Of a stretch of DNA of 64,000 bases, positions 28,185 through 36,387 are shown in pieces (position 1 is the first letter of the stretch; each line of letters begins with the position of its first letter). The translations under genes and the position numbers were made by a program. Under the pieces are notes generated by a model. That model had not been told where the DNA came from and searched no databases. It was given only the letters and a program-made list of their open reading frames with translations. The DNA lies in the NCBI GenBank assembly GCA_032691205.1, contig GCA_032691205.1_4541.1. The stretch is one strand, 5' to 3'. Source of the DNA: a phage.

Positions 28185-28604
28185 TTATAACGCTTCATAG
28201 ATTGAGTAGATCCGGTTTGCCAGGTCATTACGAAAGCGGAATTTTTCATCACGTTTAATCATCAGATCCTTAAAACCGTATTCTTTCAATGCTTCATTAA
28301 CTTTATGGCGGCAAACGTTCATATTATCCTGCGCGTCACCAATAAACTTATTACTGTGATGCATTGCTTTGATCTCTTCCTCTAATACCAGGGCAACTAC
28401 ACGGATCGGATCAAGCTGATATGCGGTAACATCCATGCGGCATTGTAAACGGCTTTTAACATCGTTTACCGGATACACTGCAACCTCTTCCCCGTCAACG
28501 TTCACGATAACCAATTTACCATCAATTTCGAAGCCTTTGGCGGCGCTACCGTGACAAAAAGCGTTATCGAAGGAGTAAGCTGGATTATTTGATTTAATGT
28601 TCAT
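28185..28604 (-). CDS. hypothetical protein (139 aa)
   Basis: ORF track; RBS AAGGA. Confidence 0.6.
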   Translation of the reverse strand: MNIKSNNPAYSFDNAFCHGSAAKGFEIDGKLVIVNVDGEEVAVYPVNDVKSRLQCRMDVTAYQLDPIRVVALVLEEEIKAMHHSNKFIGDAQDNMNVCRHKVNEALKEYGFKDLMIKRDEKFRFRNDLANRIYSIYEAL

Positions 28605-28639
28605 GGTGTTGTCCTTTGTTTCGTTTCGTTGTTTGCTGC

Positions 28640-28672
28640 CAGTGAGTTAAATATAATATAACGCCGATCCCC
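28640..28672 (-). promoter_or_regulatory. promoter with -35 inside a hairpin (TTGACA ... TATTAT)
   Basis: Minus-strand read cccctaTTGACAgggg...TATTAT upstream of 28185-28604. Confidence 0.45.
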
Positions 28673-28715
28673 TGTCAATAGGGGATAGCGCATTATTTAC
28701 ATTTCTTTACGTTAA

Positions 28716-28732
28716 AGGGCGCTTAGTGCGCC
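28716..28732 (-). terminator. GC hairpin downstream of 28746 gene (possible terminator)
   Basis: gggcgcttagtgcgccc. Confidence 0.4.
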
Positions 28733-28745
28733 CCCTTGTATAATC

Positions 28746-29114
28746 TTACTTTGTGCGGTTGTGAACGTTATCGCGTTCAACCATCAGGGCAAGGCGGATC
28801 AGTTGATCAGTTGTATCGCGTAAATTGTCGGGCCATGTTTTACTGTTCCAGCTATCCAGGTTTGATTGTATATAGGTTTCAATGGCTTGATCCATACTAT
28901 CAAACAAGTTTTCCTCCAAGCTCTCGGCTGTTTCACACTGGAAAGCATTAGCGACACTGTTAATCAATAAGCAAGCCAGTAAATCAGCATTACGCCAATT
29001 TTTACGGATAGTTTCATCTGTCAGATAACAAACGAGATTAACCTTTGCGCCAGTGGTTGACGTTGCGATCACTTCTTGTGCTTTTTCAAGTGCTTTAATT
29101 GCTGATTTGCTCAT
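28746..29114 (-). CDS. hypothetical protein (122 aa)
   Basis: Track ORF trimmed to ATG 29114 (RBS AGAGGA) so that it begins downstream of the promoter cassette. Confidence 0.55.
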   Translation of the reverse strand: MSKSAIKALEKAQEVIATSTTGAKVNLVCYLTDETIRKNWRNADLLACLLINSVANAFQCETAESLEENLFDSMDQAIETYIQSNLDSWNSKTWPDNLRDTTDQLIRLALMVERDNVHNRTK

Positions 29115-29131
29115 TTTATTTTCCTCTTTGT

Positions 29132-29192
29132 GGGCTTGCTGTATTGCTCGCCCTACGTGATAAATAATAATGTAAGCGTGATCCGGTGTCAA
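29132..29192 (-). promoter_or_regulatory. PeSL-like cassette (degenerate hairpin + TTGACA promoter)
   Basis: -35 tgtcaa at 29187-29192 (plus-strand spelling); gccctacgtg box. Confidence 0.45.
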
Positions 29193-29321
29193 TAGGTAGG
29201 ATTGTAAAGATTTGATAGTTTATCTCTTTGATGTTTTGTTGTTTGATAGGTATTAGCTATCGATATATAGCGGGATCTTCCGGTGATTATCTTCCCCTGC
29301 TCCCAGGTGCCGCCCGTTCAA

Positions 29322-29355
29322 TAAGTATAACAAAAAACAGGACAAAAACAAGCCC
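29322..29355 (-). terminator. rho-independent terminator (minus strand)
   Basis: aacaggg...ccctgtt hairpin; T-rich after it on minus strand. Confidence 0.45.
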
Positions 29356-29367
29356 TGTTTATTTATC

Positions 29368-29502
29368 TTAAAACCAGGTGCCAACCGTTTCCAATAGGTC
29401 GCTGACTACTAGGACAACATTGATCAGCACATGTTCAACCATGAAGGGGATAAGCGCCAGCGTTGCTACTACGATCCCCATTGTGATGATTACCTTTCTC
29501 AT
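29368..29502 (-). CDS. small membrane peptide (44 aa), not in ORF track
   Basis: Own translation MRKVIITMGIVVATLALIPF...; ATGA overlap with upstream gene. Confidence 0.4.
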   Translation of the reverse strand: MRKVIITMGIVVATLALIPFMVEHVLINVVLVVSDLLETVGTWF

Positions 29503-29789
29503 TGTTGGCGGTTTACGTAAGCTTTACCGTTTACGGTCATCGGTATGGCCTCAAGGTCTGGATCTCCCTTAAGGTCGCGTGCAAGCTCACCGCAGCGGGT
29601 ACCCTCGAATCCGTAGTACTCTGTTGTGCCGTCCTGGAAAGTTTTAGCGGCAAGGCATAGGCGATAATTAACGCCGATCCGGTTTATTGCGTTGATATCG
29701 GTTAGCGCGATGGATTCTGGCAACTCATTAGCCAGTACAGGCGCGTTAATACCAACAACCAGGGCAACTACTGCGATCATCTTTTTCAT
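29499..29789 (-). CDS. small secreted protein with signal peptide (96 aa)
   Basis: N-terminus MKKMIAVVALVVGINAPVLA. Confidence 0.55.
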   Translation of the reverse strand: MKKMIAVVALVVGINAPVLANELPESIALTDINAINRIGVNYRLCLAAKTFQDGTTEYYGFEGTRCGELARDLKGDPDLEAIPMTVNGKAYVNRQQ

Positions 29790-29843
29790 GCGTCTATCCT
29801 CTTCCTATTGCGTTTAATGGGGTGTTACCGCCCCGCTTATGGT

Positions 29844-30080
29844 TTATTGATTGATGTTATGATGAAAGTTATTTTCTTCAATAGCTTTTAAAATAAAAGC
29901 CGTGATCGCTTTCGTGTCTACTTGTTCGAACGTATCAGAATAAGCCCAATAATAATCATCCCCTACTTTCGGCGGGTAAACCTGGACAAGGAGATCGCCA
30001 CCTGGTTGATCTATAAGCTCAACATGCAAGCCGGATGATTCAGCGGTTTTAACGGCGTTTAATACTGTTGCAATACTCAT
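29844..30080 (-). CDS. hypothetical protein (78 aa)
   Basis: ORF track; GC hairpin in 5' leader. Confidence 0.55.
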   Translation of the reverse strand: MSIATVLNAVKTAESSGLHVELIDQPGGDLLVQVYPPKVGDDYYWAYSDTFEQVDTKAITAFILKAIEENNFHHNINQ

Positions 30081-30124
30081 AATCTTTTCCTTTCTGATGT
30101 GGGGCGTTGCCGCCCCTTTGTTGA

Positions 30125-30424
30125 TTAGATCGCTGTTTCCAGTAGTTCGGCTAACGTCTTACCGCCTGATAGTTGGTCTAACGTTTGCTCTTCTGGCAAG
30201 AAATTAGCTGATATTAAACCAACTTGATTTCCTTTGTGCCAGTTAGCCTGGCGGATGATTCCATCCTTTAAAGATTTTACCGCCATTGTGCAACCGTCGC
30301 CAAATGATTCATTTTTATGGTCCATCACTTCATAAGCGCCCAGTTTGCTGCTGTTAGGCACCATTAACGCGAACACATCACCAACAACCAGTTTTTCTAC
30401 GGTAACAATAGCGATAGTTTCCAT
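30125..30424 (-). CDS. hypothetical protein (99 aa)
   Basis: ORF track; RBS GAGGAAAG. Confidence 0.55.
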   Translation of the reverse strand: METIAIVTVEKLVVGDVFALMVPNSSKLGAYEVMDHKNESFGDGCTMAVKSLKDGIIRQANWHKGNQVGLISANFLPEEQTLDQLSGGKTLAELLETAI

Positions 30425-30442
30425 TTTACTTTCCTCATTATC

Positions 30443-30498
30443 GGCGGCACCATTGCCGCCCTACGTGGTAAATATTAGCACACTGCCGATCTGTGTCA
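30443..30498 (-). promoter_or_regulatory. PeSL-like cassette: TTGACA N17 TAATAT promoter + stem-loop ggcggcaccattgccgcc
   Basis: Hairpin 30443-30460; -35 at 30493-30498. Confidence 0.6.
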
Positions 30499-30505
30499 AT
30501 ACTTT

Positions 30506-30892
30506 TTATTCAATATAAATCAAATTATCTTCACCAATGTAAGCCGACACGTTCGGCATAAACTTAGCTGCATTTGTTAGGCGGTTGGCTGTGTTAGTGG
30601 TGTATATTTCAGGGCGATCCCAAAAGCCTACGCCGTGACTGTTACGGGTAAAATGTAAATCATTCCCGATCTGGTTGGCTGTTGCGCCGTCGCTCATTGC
30701 CTCAGAGATAGCGGCAAGATTAGCATTAATAAAGGCTGTTACATCCTGGGCGATCCGTTCGTCCGCGCTAGGAGAAAAATCATAATCAGTCATGTCATCT
30801 ATAAAATTACCTTCATGATCCCTTGCGGATTCAGCAAAAATAAAGGCTTCTTTATAACCGTTGATGATTTCAATAATGATTTCTGTTTTCAT
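30506..30892 (-). CDS. hypothetical protein (128 aa)
   Basis: ORF track. Confidence 0.6.
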   Translation of the reverse strand: MKTEIIIEIINGYKEAFIFAESARDHEGNFIDDMTDYDFSPSADERIAQDVTAFINANLAAISEAMSDGATANQIGNDLHFTRNSHGVGFWDRPEIYTTNTANRLTNAAKFMPNVSAYIGEDNLIYIE

Positions 30893-31104
30893 GCTGTACG
30901 CTCGACAATAATAATAGTTTGCGGGATCTCATTTTCTACTACTAACAAGGCTTTTTTCTGCGTAATAGATATTTTAACACGTTGTAACGTGGCGGTAAAG
31001 TCTTTCATCTCATTATGCGCGGATTTAGTGCAATGCCAGATCTCAGGCTTACCTATTTGCAAGCCGCGTAAAAATTCTGTTTTACCTGTCTTATTCGTGA
31101 TCAT
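30889..31104 (-). CDS. hypothetical protein (71 aa)
   Basis: Track ORF (TTG start) trimmed to ATG 31104 after AAGGTG. Confidence 0.5.
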   Translation of the reverse strand: MITNKTGKTEFLRGLQIGKPEIWHCTKSAHNEMKDFTATLQRVKISITQKKALLVVENEIPQTIIIVERTA

Positions 31105-31114
31105 TTGATTCACC

Positions 31115-31219
31115 TTAACCAATACCGTGGGAAGATAGGATCATATTAGCCATAGTTGCAACCAATCCAACCGATAACGCCAGGCCAACTATTACAACCG
31201 TGAAAATTTTCTCTAACAT
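31115..31219 (-). CDS. small hydrophobic peptide (34 aa), not in ORF track
   Basis: Own translation MLEKIFTVVIVGLALSVGLVATMANMILSSHGIG. Confidence 0.35.
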   Translation of the reverse strand: MLEKIFTVVIVGLALSVGLVATMANMILSSHGIG

Positions 31220-31237
31220 GATTCTACCCTCATTAAT

Positions 31238-31299
31238 GGGCGTTGCCTTATTGCCCCGCCCTACGAAATACATTCTATCAGATAACAAATTATCGTCAA
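31238..31299 (-). promoter_or_regulatory. PeSL-like cassette (variant hairpin gggcgttgcc..gccccgccc)
   Basis: -35 cgtcaa at 31294-31299. Confidence 0.5.
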
Positions 31300-31442
31300 G
31301 ATTTATTTTTTACTTCCCAAACGGAAAATTCGCTGCCTGTTGGGATCATCTTTTTAATCTTGTTTGCTGCCGCTACCAGGTCAACGGCTTGCACTGTAAT
31401 AATATAACCAATTGTCGAGGCTGTTGCGTTGAAAGTTTTCAT
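31296..31442 (-). CDS. small protein (48 aa), not in ORF track
   Basis: Own translation MKTFNATASTIGYIITVQAVDL...; stop lies within the downstream -35. Confidence 0.4.
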   Translation of the reverse strand: MKTFNATASTIGYIITVQAVDLVAAANKIKKMIPTGSEFSVWEVKNKS

Positions 31443-31486
31443 TATATTATCCTTTAATACAGGCGGGATTAATCCCGCCTTATTAA

Positions 31487-31657
31487 TTACTCTTCATCGT
31501 CGCCGTTATAGTATTCAATGCCGTTTTCATCGGTTACAGTGATGTTAACGCCACCGATAGCAACACGATCACGGGCAAACGTCATAGCTTCATTTAAATC
31601 TTCAGACCAAAAAATATTGTGACCTTTGCGCGATACATAAAACATAGTCGGGATCAT
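31487..31657 (-). CDS. hypothetical protein (56 aa)
   Basis: Track ORF trimmed to ATG 31657 because the cassette hairpin lies inside the track ORF. Confidence 0.45.
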   Translation of the reverse strand: MIPTMFYVSRKGHNIFWSEDLNEAMTFARDRVAIGGVNITVTDENGIEYYNGDDEE

Positions 31658-31680
31658 GATTTGTTTCTCTTCTGTTGTGA

Positions 31681-31741
31681 GCGGTGGACCATTCCGCCGC
31701 CCTATGTGGTAAACTTTACTACGTTGTTTGCGTGCTGTCAA
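31681..31741 (-). promoter_or_regulatory. PeSL-like cassette (hairpin gcggtggaccattccgccgc)
   Basis: -35 tgtcaa at 31736-31741. Confidence 0.55.
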
Positions 31742-31742
31742 A

Positions 31743-32078
31743 TTATTTTTTAATGTTTTGCCCTACAAAATTAATCATTTCCTTAAGCTGTCTCTCTGTC
31801 ATGATCGTACCTGGTAACTCTTCTTTAATTTCTTCCGGTAAATAAATATTACCGCGCCAGGTTAACAAACAACCGTTTTGATCTTCGCAGATAGAATAGG
31901 AAAACATCCACTCGCAATCATTTTCAAGCTCCCAAAAACACAAAAAGTCTTCTTTCCCTAAGTTTTCAACGGTTAAACATAATCCGCGACGTGCTGCATA
32001 ATTAGTTAGGCTTTTTGTGATTTTCATGATTTTTCTCTCTTCTTGTGAGCGGCACCATTGCCGCCCTACAAGATACAT
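31743..32078 (-). CDS. hypothetical protein (111 aa)
   Basis: ORF track. Confidence 0.55.
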   Translation of the reverse strand: MYLVGRQWCRSQEERKIMKITKSLTNYAARRGLCLTVENLGKEDFLCFWELENDCEWMFSYSICEDQNGCLLTWRGNIYLPEEIKEELPGTIMTERQLKEMINFVGQNIKK

Positions 32079-32104
32079 ATTACCAGACTAAGCCGACTTG
32101 TCAA
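32049..32104 (-). promoter_or_regulatory. PeSL-like cassette (hairpin gcggcaccattgccgcc)
   Basis: -35 tgtcaa at 32099-32104. Confidence 0.55.
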
Positions 32105-32105
32105 A

Positions 32106-32216
32106 CTATTTTTTCTTTTTCTTTGCTTCCAACCGTCTAAGGTTACGGCTTGACTTATTGCGCAAGGCGCTTAGATCGTCGTACCCTTTCCATGCTTGCA
32201 TATCTTTCGGATTCAT
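32106..32216 (-). CDS. small basic protein (36 aa), not in ORF track
   Basis: Own translation MNPKDMQAWKGYDDLSALRNKSSRNLRRLEAKKKKK; RBS AAGGGG. Confidence 0.35.
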   Translation of the reverse strand: MNPKDMQAWKGYDDLSALRNKSSRNLRRLEAKKKKK

Positions 32217-32225
32217 GTTATCCCC

Positions 32226-32387
32226 TTACTTGTTAGCCGGATTATATGCCAGGACCGCGCCGCTTGCTTTCACGCTTTCCGCTTCATAGTTGCGCAGATC
32301 GTTTTCTGTAAGGTTGAGCGCGATCACTTCCTCGATCTCAACGTCAGCGGCAAGGGCGATCTCTTTGATAATGTCTGTTGTTTTCAT
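32226..32387 (-). CDS. small protein (53 aa), not in ORF track
   Basis: Own translation MKTTDIIKEIALAADVEIEEVIALNL... Confidence 0.4.
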   Translation of the reverse strand: MKTTDIIKEIALAADVEIEEVIALNLTENDLRNYEAESVKASGAVLAYNPANK

Positions 32388-32397
32388 AGTACGCACC

Positions 32398-32517
32398 TTA
32401 TAAGATGATTGATAAGATAGTGATAACGAAAGCGATTATACTGATGGCAAATGTCATCTTTTTACCTTCGGATACTGCCGGATTCTCTACCGTGTATTCT
32501 ACTGTGTACTTGCTCAT
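32398..32517 (-). CDS. small membrane peptide (39 aa), not in ORF track
   Basis: Own translation MSKYTVEYTVENPAVSEGKKMTFAISIIAFVITILSIIL. Confidence 0.4.
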   Translation of the reverse strand: MSKYTVEYTVENPAVSEGKKMTFAISIIAFVITILSIIL

Positions 32518-32537
32518 CGTGTAATCCTCTCGTTTGC

Positions 32538-32597
32538 TTTGGGAACTATTCCCGCCGCCCTATGAATTAAATATACACTATCTCAAAATGATTGCAA
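32538..32597 (-). promoter_or_regulatory. PeSL-like cassette (hairpin gggaactattccc; -35 TTGCAA)
   Basis: -35 at 32592-32597. Confidence 0.5.
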
Positions 32598-32613
32598 GCC
32601 TTTTTCTAAATTT

Positions 32614-32928
32614 TTATGCAGTAAACAAACCATCATTTACAACGGCGGCGATGATCTCCCGCGCCATTGATTCAGGGAAAGGGGCGCTATAGTCCTGGCT
32701 TGTCTCATCGGTATCAGTGATCCAATGATAAGCTAACGAGTAAAAGCCTTTACTAACTGTTTTCAGTGAGATGACGATCACTCGGTCAAGCTTATTGGTG
32801 AATGTTGCCGTTAATGTGTTACCCTCCTGCGTCATGTTGGACAAGTAAGCGGGATCATTAATCAGGGAAAACATTAGCACGGTGTTAGCTTTACTCATGA
32901 TTGCATCCTCAAAGGGGCGCGGCACCAT
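32614..32928 (-). CDS. hypothetical protein (104 aa)
   Basis: ORF track. Confidence 0.55.
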   Translation of the reverse strand: MVPRPFEDAIMSKANTVLMFSLINDPAYLSNMTQEGNTLTATFTNKLDRVIVISLKTVSKGFYSLAYHWITDTDETSQDYSAPFPESMAREIIAAVVNDGLFTA

Positions 32929-32974
32929 TGCCGCCCTACACGATAACTATAACACAATGTAAAACAGGATCAAC
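32917..32974 (-). promoter_or_regulatory. PeSL-like cassette (hairpin gcggcaccattgccgcc; -35 TTGATC)
   Basis: Hairpin about 32919-32935. Confidence 0.45.
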
Positions 32975-33176
32975 CTTTATTTTTCCACGGTGTCAGCTTG
33001 TTAATCATTGGTGATAAATAGCGTTTACCAACGTAAAACAGCACGCCAACTGATGCAACGGCGGCGATCTCATGCATAGCCGACGGGAAACGGGTATCAT
33101 AATAAGATCCAATAATAGCAATAGCGGCAACGGCTGCAACGTCGATAATGATTTTTTCTTGTTTTGCGGTGATCAT
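32970..33176 (-). CDS. small membrane protein (68 aa)
   Basis: Track ORF trimmed to ATG 33176; two hydrophobic segments. Confidence 0.45.
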   Translation of the reverse strand: MITAKQEKIIIDVAAVAAIAIIGSYYDTRFPSAMHEIAAVASVGVLFYVGKRYLSPMINKLTPWKNKG

Positions 33177-33196
33177 AATATTTACCTTTTTGTATG

Positions 33197-33256
33197 GTGG
33201 GGGAACTATTCCCCGCCTGATGTAATACAGTTTAACAGGTCCGGTTATGGTGTCAA
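33197..33256 (-). promoter_or_regulatory. PeSL-like cassette (hairpin gggggaactattcccc)
   Basis: -35 tgtcaa at 33251-33256. Confidence 0.55.
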
Positions 33257-33262
33257 CCACTT

Positions 33263-33448
33263 TTAAAGATATTTTATACTGATAACGTTTTCCGGTTTAA
33301 CCTTGTTGTGATGTGCATCAACATAGATCAAACCATCGTCAGAAAAGCCCAGGATCACGCCCTGCGCAATAAAACCGTATTCGTCACGGTAACGCACGGC
33401 TATTTTTAACGTTGCGTTGTAGGCTGTTTTAAGCTCGCTTAAAGTCAT
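33263..33448 (-). CDS. hypothetical protein (61 aa)
   Basis: ORF track. Confidence 0.5.
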   Translation of the reverse strand: MTLSELKTAYNATLKIAVRYRDEYGFIAQGVILGFSDDGLIYVDAHHNKVKPENVISIKYL

Positions 33449-33465
33449 CTTTGTTTATCCTCTAC

Positions 33466-33496
33466 ATGTAAAAAGAAAGGGCGCTTGGTGCGCCCC
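33466..33496 (-). terminator. rho-independent terminator (minus strand)
   Basis: gggcgcttggtgcgccc hairpin; U tract on minus strand. Confidence 0.6.
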
Positions 33497-33504
33497 TTAT
33501 TATG

Positions 33505-33651
33505 TTAATCCTCTAAATCCATCCAATTATATTTGTCACTCTTCCCGCGCTTTGTTTTATTGCGCTTGTCGCCTTTGCGGATCACTTCCTCGTTCCAGGC
33601 CTTGCGGATCTTGGAAGATTGAATTTTTTCTGCGCGATTAGATGTATTCAT
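33505..33651 (-). CDS. small basic protein (48 aa), not in ORF track
   Basis: Own translation MNTSNRAEKIQSSKIRKAWNEEVIRKGDKRNKTKRGK... Confidence 0.4.
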   Translation of the reverse strand: MNTSNRAEKIQSSKIRKAWNEEVIRKGDKRNKTKRGKSDKYNWMDLED

Positions 33652-33671
33652 TTTGTTTCCTCTTCATATGA

Positions 33672-33724
33672 GCGGCACCATTGCCGCTATATTGTTAATT
33701 TAAGCTGTTTTGTAAAATTGTCAA
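33672..33724 (-). promoter_or_regulatory. PeSL-like cassette (hairpin gcggcaccattgccgc)
   Basis: -35 tgtcaa at 33719-33724. Confidence 0.55.
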
Positions 33725-33730
33725 GGTTTA

Positions 33731-34084
33731 TCATTCATAAGAGCAAGCAAGGATCACGCCTGCAATATAAAGCCAATAATTTTCCCTTTCTCGTTGGATT
33801 TTATCATCGCTGCTATTCTCTTTAATGTATCCCCAGGATGTTAACAAGCGATCAATTTCCCAATATTCGAAAGCGATATTGATATCTGATGGCAAACCTT
33901 GTAACCATGATGCAAGTGCTTTAACAATACTATAATTAAAACGTGATTGGTTATCAGGGTACCAGTACTCGGAATTAAAACGGCGCATCAATTCCGCGAT
34001 CTTCTCTTTTTCGGTTGTAATACCGTAATCATTAAAATCGATAGCGGCAAGTATGTACTCTTTAATTGCATTTTGTGCTTTCAT
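33731..34084 (-). CDS. hypothetical protein (117 aa)
   Basis: ORF track. Confidence 0.55.
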   Translation of the reverse strand: MKAQNAIKEYILAAIDFNDYGITTEKEKIAELMRRFNSEYWYPDNQSRFNYSIVKALASWLQGLPSDINIAFEYWEIDRLLTSWGYIKENSSDDKIQRERENYWLYIAGVILACSYE

Positions 34085-34103
34085 GGTCTTTCTCTCTTTT
34101 TGA

Positions 34104-34160
34104 GCGGGAACTATTCCCGCCCTACGTGTAACAGTTTACTAAAAATTAAATCGGTGTCAA
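34104..34160 (-). promoter_or_regulatory. PeSL-like cassette (hairpin gcgggaactattcccgc)
   Basis: -35 tgtcaa at 34155-34160. Confidence 0.6.
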
Positions 34161-34163
34161 GCT

Positions 34164-34385
34164 TTATTTTGTTACTACCATTTGGTACCCTGTTTCAATG
34201 TTAGTAAATACTGTTATTCCGTCCTGGCGTTCACTCATTAGCATACAAGGCGCTAACATCCTTTCTACTGCCTTGCACTCATTGTAAACGGCGGTTATGT
34301 CTCCTGCGGCCTTGTCTTCTGTGGTGAATGTATCGTTTACGTAAACCTGACCAGCGACAACGGCGACAATAGCGAAAGTGATCAT
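34164..34385 (-). CDS. hypothetical protein (73 aa)
   Basis: ORF track; begins ATGATCACTTT like the next ORF. Confidence 0.5.
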   Translation of the reverse strand: MITFAIVAVVAGQVYVNDTFTTEDKAAGDITAVYNECKAVERMLAPCMLMSERQDGITVFTNIETGYQMVVTK

Positions 34386-34459
34386 GATGTTTCCTTGTTA
34401 GTAGTGGTTTCTCTTCTCTATAGCGCCCATTATAAGGCGCTATAACGAAAAGTCAACGA

Positions 34460-34627
34460 TTATTTTTTAAGGCTTAAAGTACCTAACTTGTCAGCATGAC
34501 GCAGACCAGGGAAGATCCATTTTCCTGATTCATCTTTTACAGGGGCTTTAAGCGTAGCGCCCAGGTTGGCGGCGTTAACTTTACGGGCAACGTTGCGAGC
34601 GGCTTCACGGGTAGTAAAAGTGATCAT
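34460..34627 (-). CDS. small protein (55 aa), not in ORF track
   Basis: Own translation MITFTTREAARNVARKVNAANLGATLKAPVK... Confidence 0.4.
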   Translation of the reverse strand: MITFTTREAARNVARKVNAANLGATLKAPVKDESGKWIFPGLRHADKLGTLSLKK

Positions 34628-34651
34628 GATGTTTTCCTCTTCTCTTTGTTA

Positions 34652-34713
34652 GGCGGTGGACCATTCCGCCGCCTTGATGTAATACAGTTTACTTTATTTT
34701 TGCAGTATTGCAA
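34652..34713 (-). promoter_or_regulatory. PeSL-like cassette (hairpin ggcggtggaccattccgccgcc; -35 TTGCAA)
   Basis: -35 at 34708-34713. Confidence 0.55.
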
Positions 34714-34718
34714 GCGTT

Positions 34719-34931
34719 TTATGAAATAATCGTCAAAGTAAAATTGTAATCACCTGATTGGTACAATACTTTATCACCGAACGTTCCAACACGTTTAACA
34801 TTGCAATATATACCCATAACACTTTTTACATCTTTGATATTCTTCACGCCTGTAATATCTTTATTAAAATGATCGTGATCAGAAAATAAAACTTGACTTG
34901 CATTTTTTAACAGTGTGCGGATATTAGCCAT
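34719..34931 (-). CDS. hypothetical protein (70 aa)
   Basis: ORF track. Confidence 0.5.
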   Translation of the reverse strand: MANIRTLLKNASQVLFSDHDHFNKDITGVKNIKDVKSVMGIYCNVKRVGTFGDKVLYQSGDYNFTLTIIS

Positions 34932-34956
34932 CGTGATAATCTCTCTTCTGTTGTGA

Positions 34957-35012
34957 GCGGCACTATTGCCGCCCTACGTAATACAGTTTACTCTTTTTCT
35001 TTCCCGTGTCAA
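34957..35012 (-). promoter_or_regulatory. PeSL-like cassette (hairpin gcggcactattgccgcc)
   Basis: -35 tgtcaa at 35007-35012. Confidence 0.6.
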
Positions 35013-35021
35013 CAATCTTTT

Positions 35022-35249
35022 TCAGATTAATTCATCCAGGCATAACAGGCGATCAACGTTGAGATCGGTCAGGCTGATGGTTGGCACCTGGTAGGATTCG
35101 ATGTACTCGACGCTTGCATATTCCCCAAAATTAGCAATAGCCCACTTATTCAAGATCTCACATACATCATTAATCTTTTTGTTTGTTACAACTGCAATAA
35201 CCTGGGAAGTGCCAACGGTGCCGGATACGCGAACAATATTGATAGCCAT
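35022..35249 (-). CDS. hypothetical protein (75 aa)
   Basis: ORF track. Confidence 0.5.
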   Translation of the reverse strand: MAINIVRVSGTVGTSQVIAVVTNKKINDVCEILNKWAIANFGEYASVEYIESYQVPTISLTDLNVDRLLCLDELI

Positions 35250-35270
35250 AATCTTTAATCTCTCTGTTGT

Positions 35271-35330
35271 TGGCGGGAAACCACTTCCCGCCCTATGTGA
35301 TACATCTTACACTAATTTTAAACGTTGTCA
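35271..35330 (-). promoter_or_regulatory. PeSL-like cassette (hairpin ggcgggaaaccacttcccgcc)
   Basis: -35 tgtcaa at 35325-35330. Confidence 0.6.
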
Positions 35331-35340
35331 ACTGTTTTTA

Positions 35341-35580
35341 TTACATTCCAACCATCGCGGCGCGGATCGCAGTTTTACTATACTTAAAGCCGTCTGGCGT
35401 TGTAGTGATTCCATCCTGTTTCAAACGGTAGCACATTAAATCAGCCGCCTGATCTTTATTACCGCACTCATTGATCAATCCCAATGCAAACCGATACAAT
35501 CCCTCATCGTTATTAATCCACAGGCTTACATTCCAATGAGTTTTGTTTTTGTGACCGTTGTACATTTTAGATTTAGCCAT
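35341..35580 (-). CDS. hypothetical protein (79 aa)
   Basis: ORF track. Confidence 0.5.
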   Translation of the reverse strand: MAKSKMYNGHKNKTHWNVSLWINNDEGLYRFALGLINECGNKDQAADLMCYRLKQDGITTTPDGFKYSKTAIRAAMVGM

Positions 35581-35604
35581 GATTTTTCTCTCTTTTTCAG
35601 TGAG

Positions 35605-35663
35605 GCGGGAAGTGTTCCCGCTCTCTATGTAATACAGTTTACTCTTTTTATTCGTGCTGTCAA
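35605..35663 (-). promoter_or_regulatory. PeSL-like cassette (hairpin gcgggaagtgttcccgc)
   Basis: -35 tgtcaa at 35658-35663. Confidence 0.6.
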
Positions 35664-35669
35664 TGCTTT

Positions 35670-36023
35670 TTATAAATCTTTTTTACGTTTTACATCGCTT
35701 GCATGACTGTATACAGCGATCCCATTATCACGACAAAAACGGGTAAGGTATGATCCGCGTGAAAACTCTTTCCCTTCCAGGTCAACAACCTTGCTAAATT
35801 CTTCCAGGGCAACGGTATCAAAATGATCACCATAACCATATTGAAACGGCACGTTAACAACTTCAATCAATTTACCGCCGATCTCAACGTCCACGCTTAA
35901 AGAAAAATATGTGTTACCGTAGGACTGTTGAAACCAGCGACGGGCGCTAATGTGAACGGCTTCAATCTCACCAATTTTAAATTGAGTGTTACCCAGGATC
36001 GCAACGTTGATATTTTTAGCCAT
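35670..36023 (-). CDS. hypothetical protein (117 aa)
   Basis: ORF track. Confidence 0.55.
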   Translation of the reverse strand: MAKNINVAILGNTQFKIGEIEAVHISARRWFQQSYGNTYFSLSVDVEIGGKLIEVVNVPFQYGYGDHFDTVALEEFSKVVDLEGKEFSRGSYLTRFCRDNGIAVYSHASDVKRKKDL

Positions 36024-36048
36024 GATTTTTTCTCTCTTTTTGGTTAGT

Positions 36049-36100
36049 GGGAAGTGTTCCCGATAAAAGTTATTATGCTTATACTATCGTTTTTTGTCAA
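36049..36100 (-). promoter_or_regulatory. PeSL-like cassette (short hairpin gggaagtgttccc)
   Basis: -35 tgtcaa at 36095-36100. Confidence 0.5.
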
Positions 36101-36119
36101 TAGTATAAGACTAAAACTT

Positions 36120-36299
36120 TTAACGATAATCGTCGTAGGCTTTATTAACCTGGCGAATATAACATTCGAAAGCGAGATCAATAGAATCATATTCCCGCAC
36201 ATAATCCCCGTAAGAAACTACATACACACCTTTTTGATCCTCAAACGTCATGATGATAGAATCCAGGCCGATGATTTCAGTTTTAGCGATGATAGTCAT
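36120..36299 (-). CDS. small protein (59 aa), not in ORF track
   Basis: Own translation MTIIAKTEIIGLDSIIMTFEDQKGVYVVSYG... Confidence 0.45.
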   Translation of the reverse strand: MTIIAKTEIIGLDSIIMTFEDQKGVYVVSYGDYVREYDSIDLAFECYIRQVNKAYDDYR

Positions 36300-36320
36300 A
36301 ATAATAACCTTTTTATTGTT

Positions 36321-36377
36321 GGCGGCACCATTGCCGCCCTACGTGATAAACTATACCAGAATTTTAAACAGTGTCAA
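36321..36377 (-). promoter_or_regulatory. PeSL-like cassette (hairpin ggcggcaccattgccgcc)
   Basis: -35 tgtcaa at 36372-36377; -10 TATAGT. Confidence 0.6.
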
Positions 36378-36387
36378 ACGTTTTTTC

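Noticed and set aside
31200-31457. Plus-strand ORF (85 aa) between minus-strand cassettes
   Set aside because: Antisense to two minus-strand micro-ORFs with RBSs and to a cassette hairpin; no RBS of its own.
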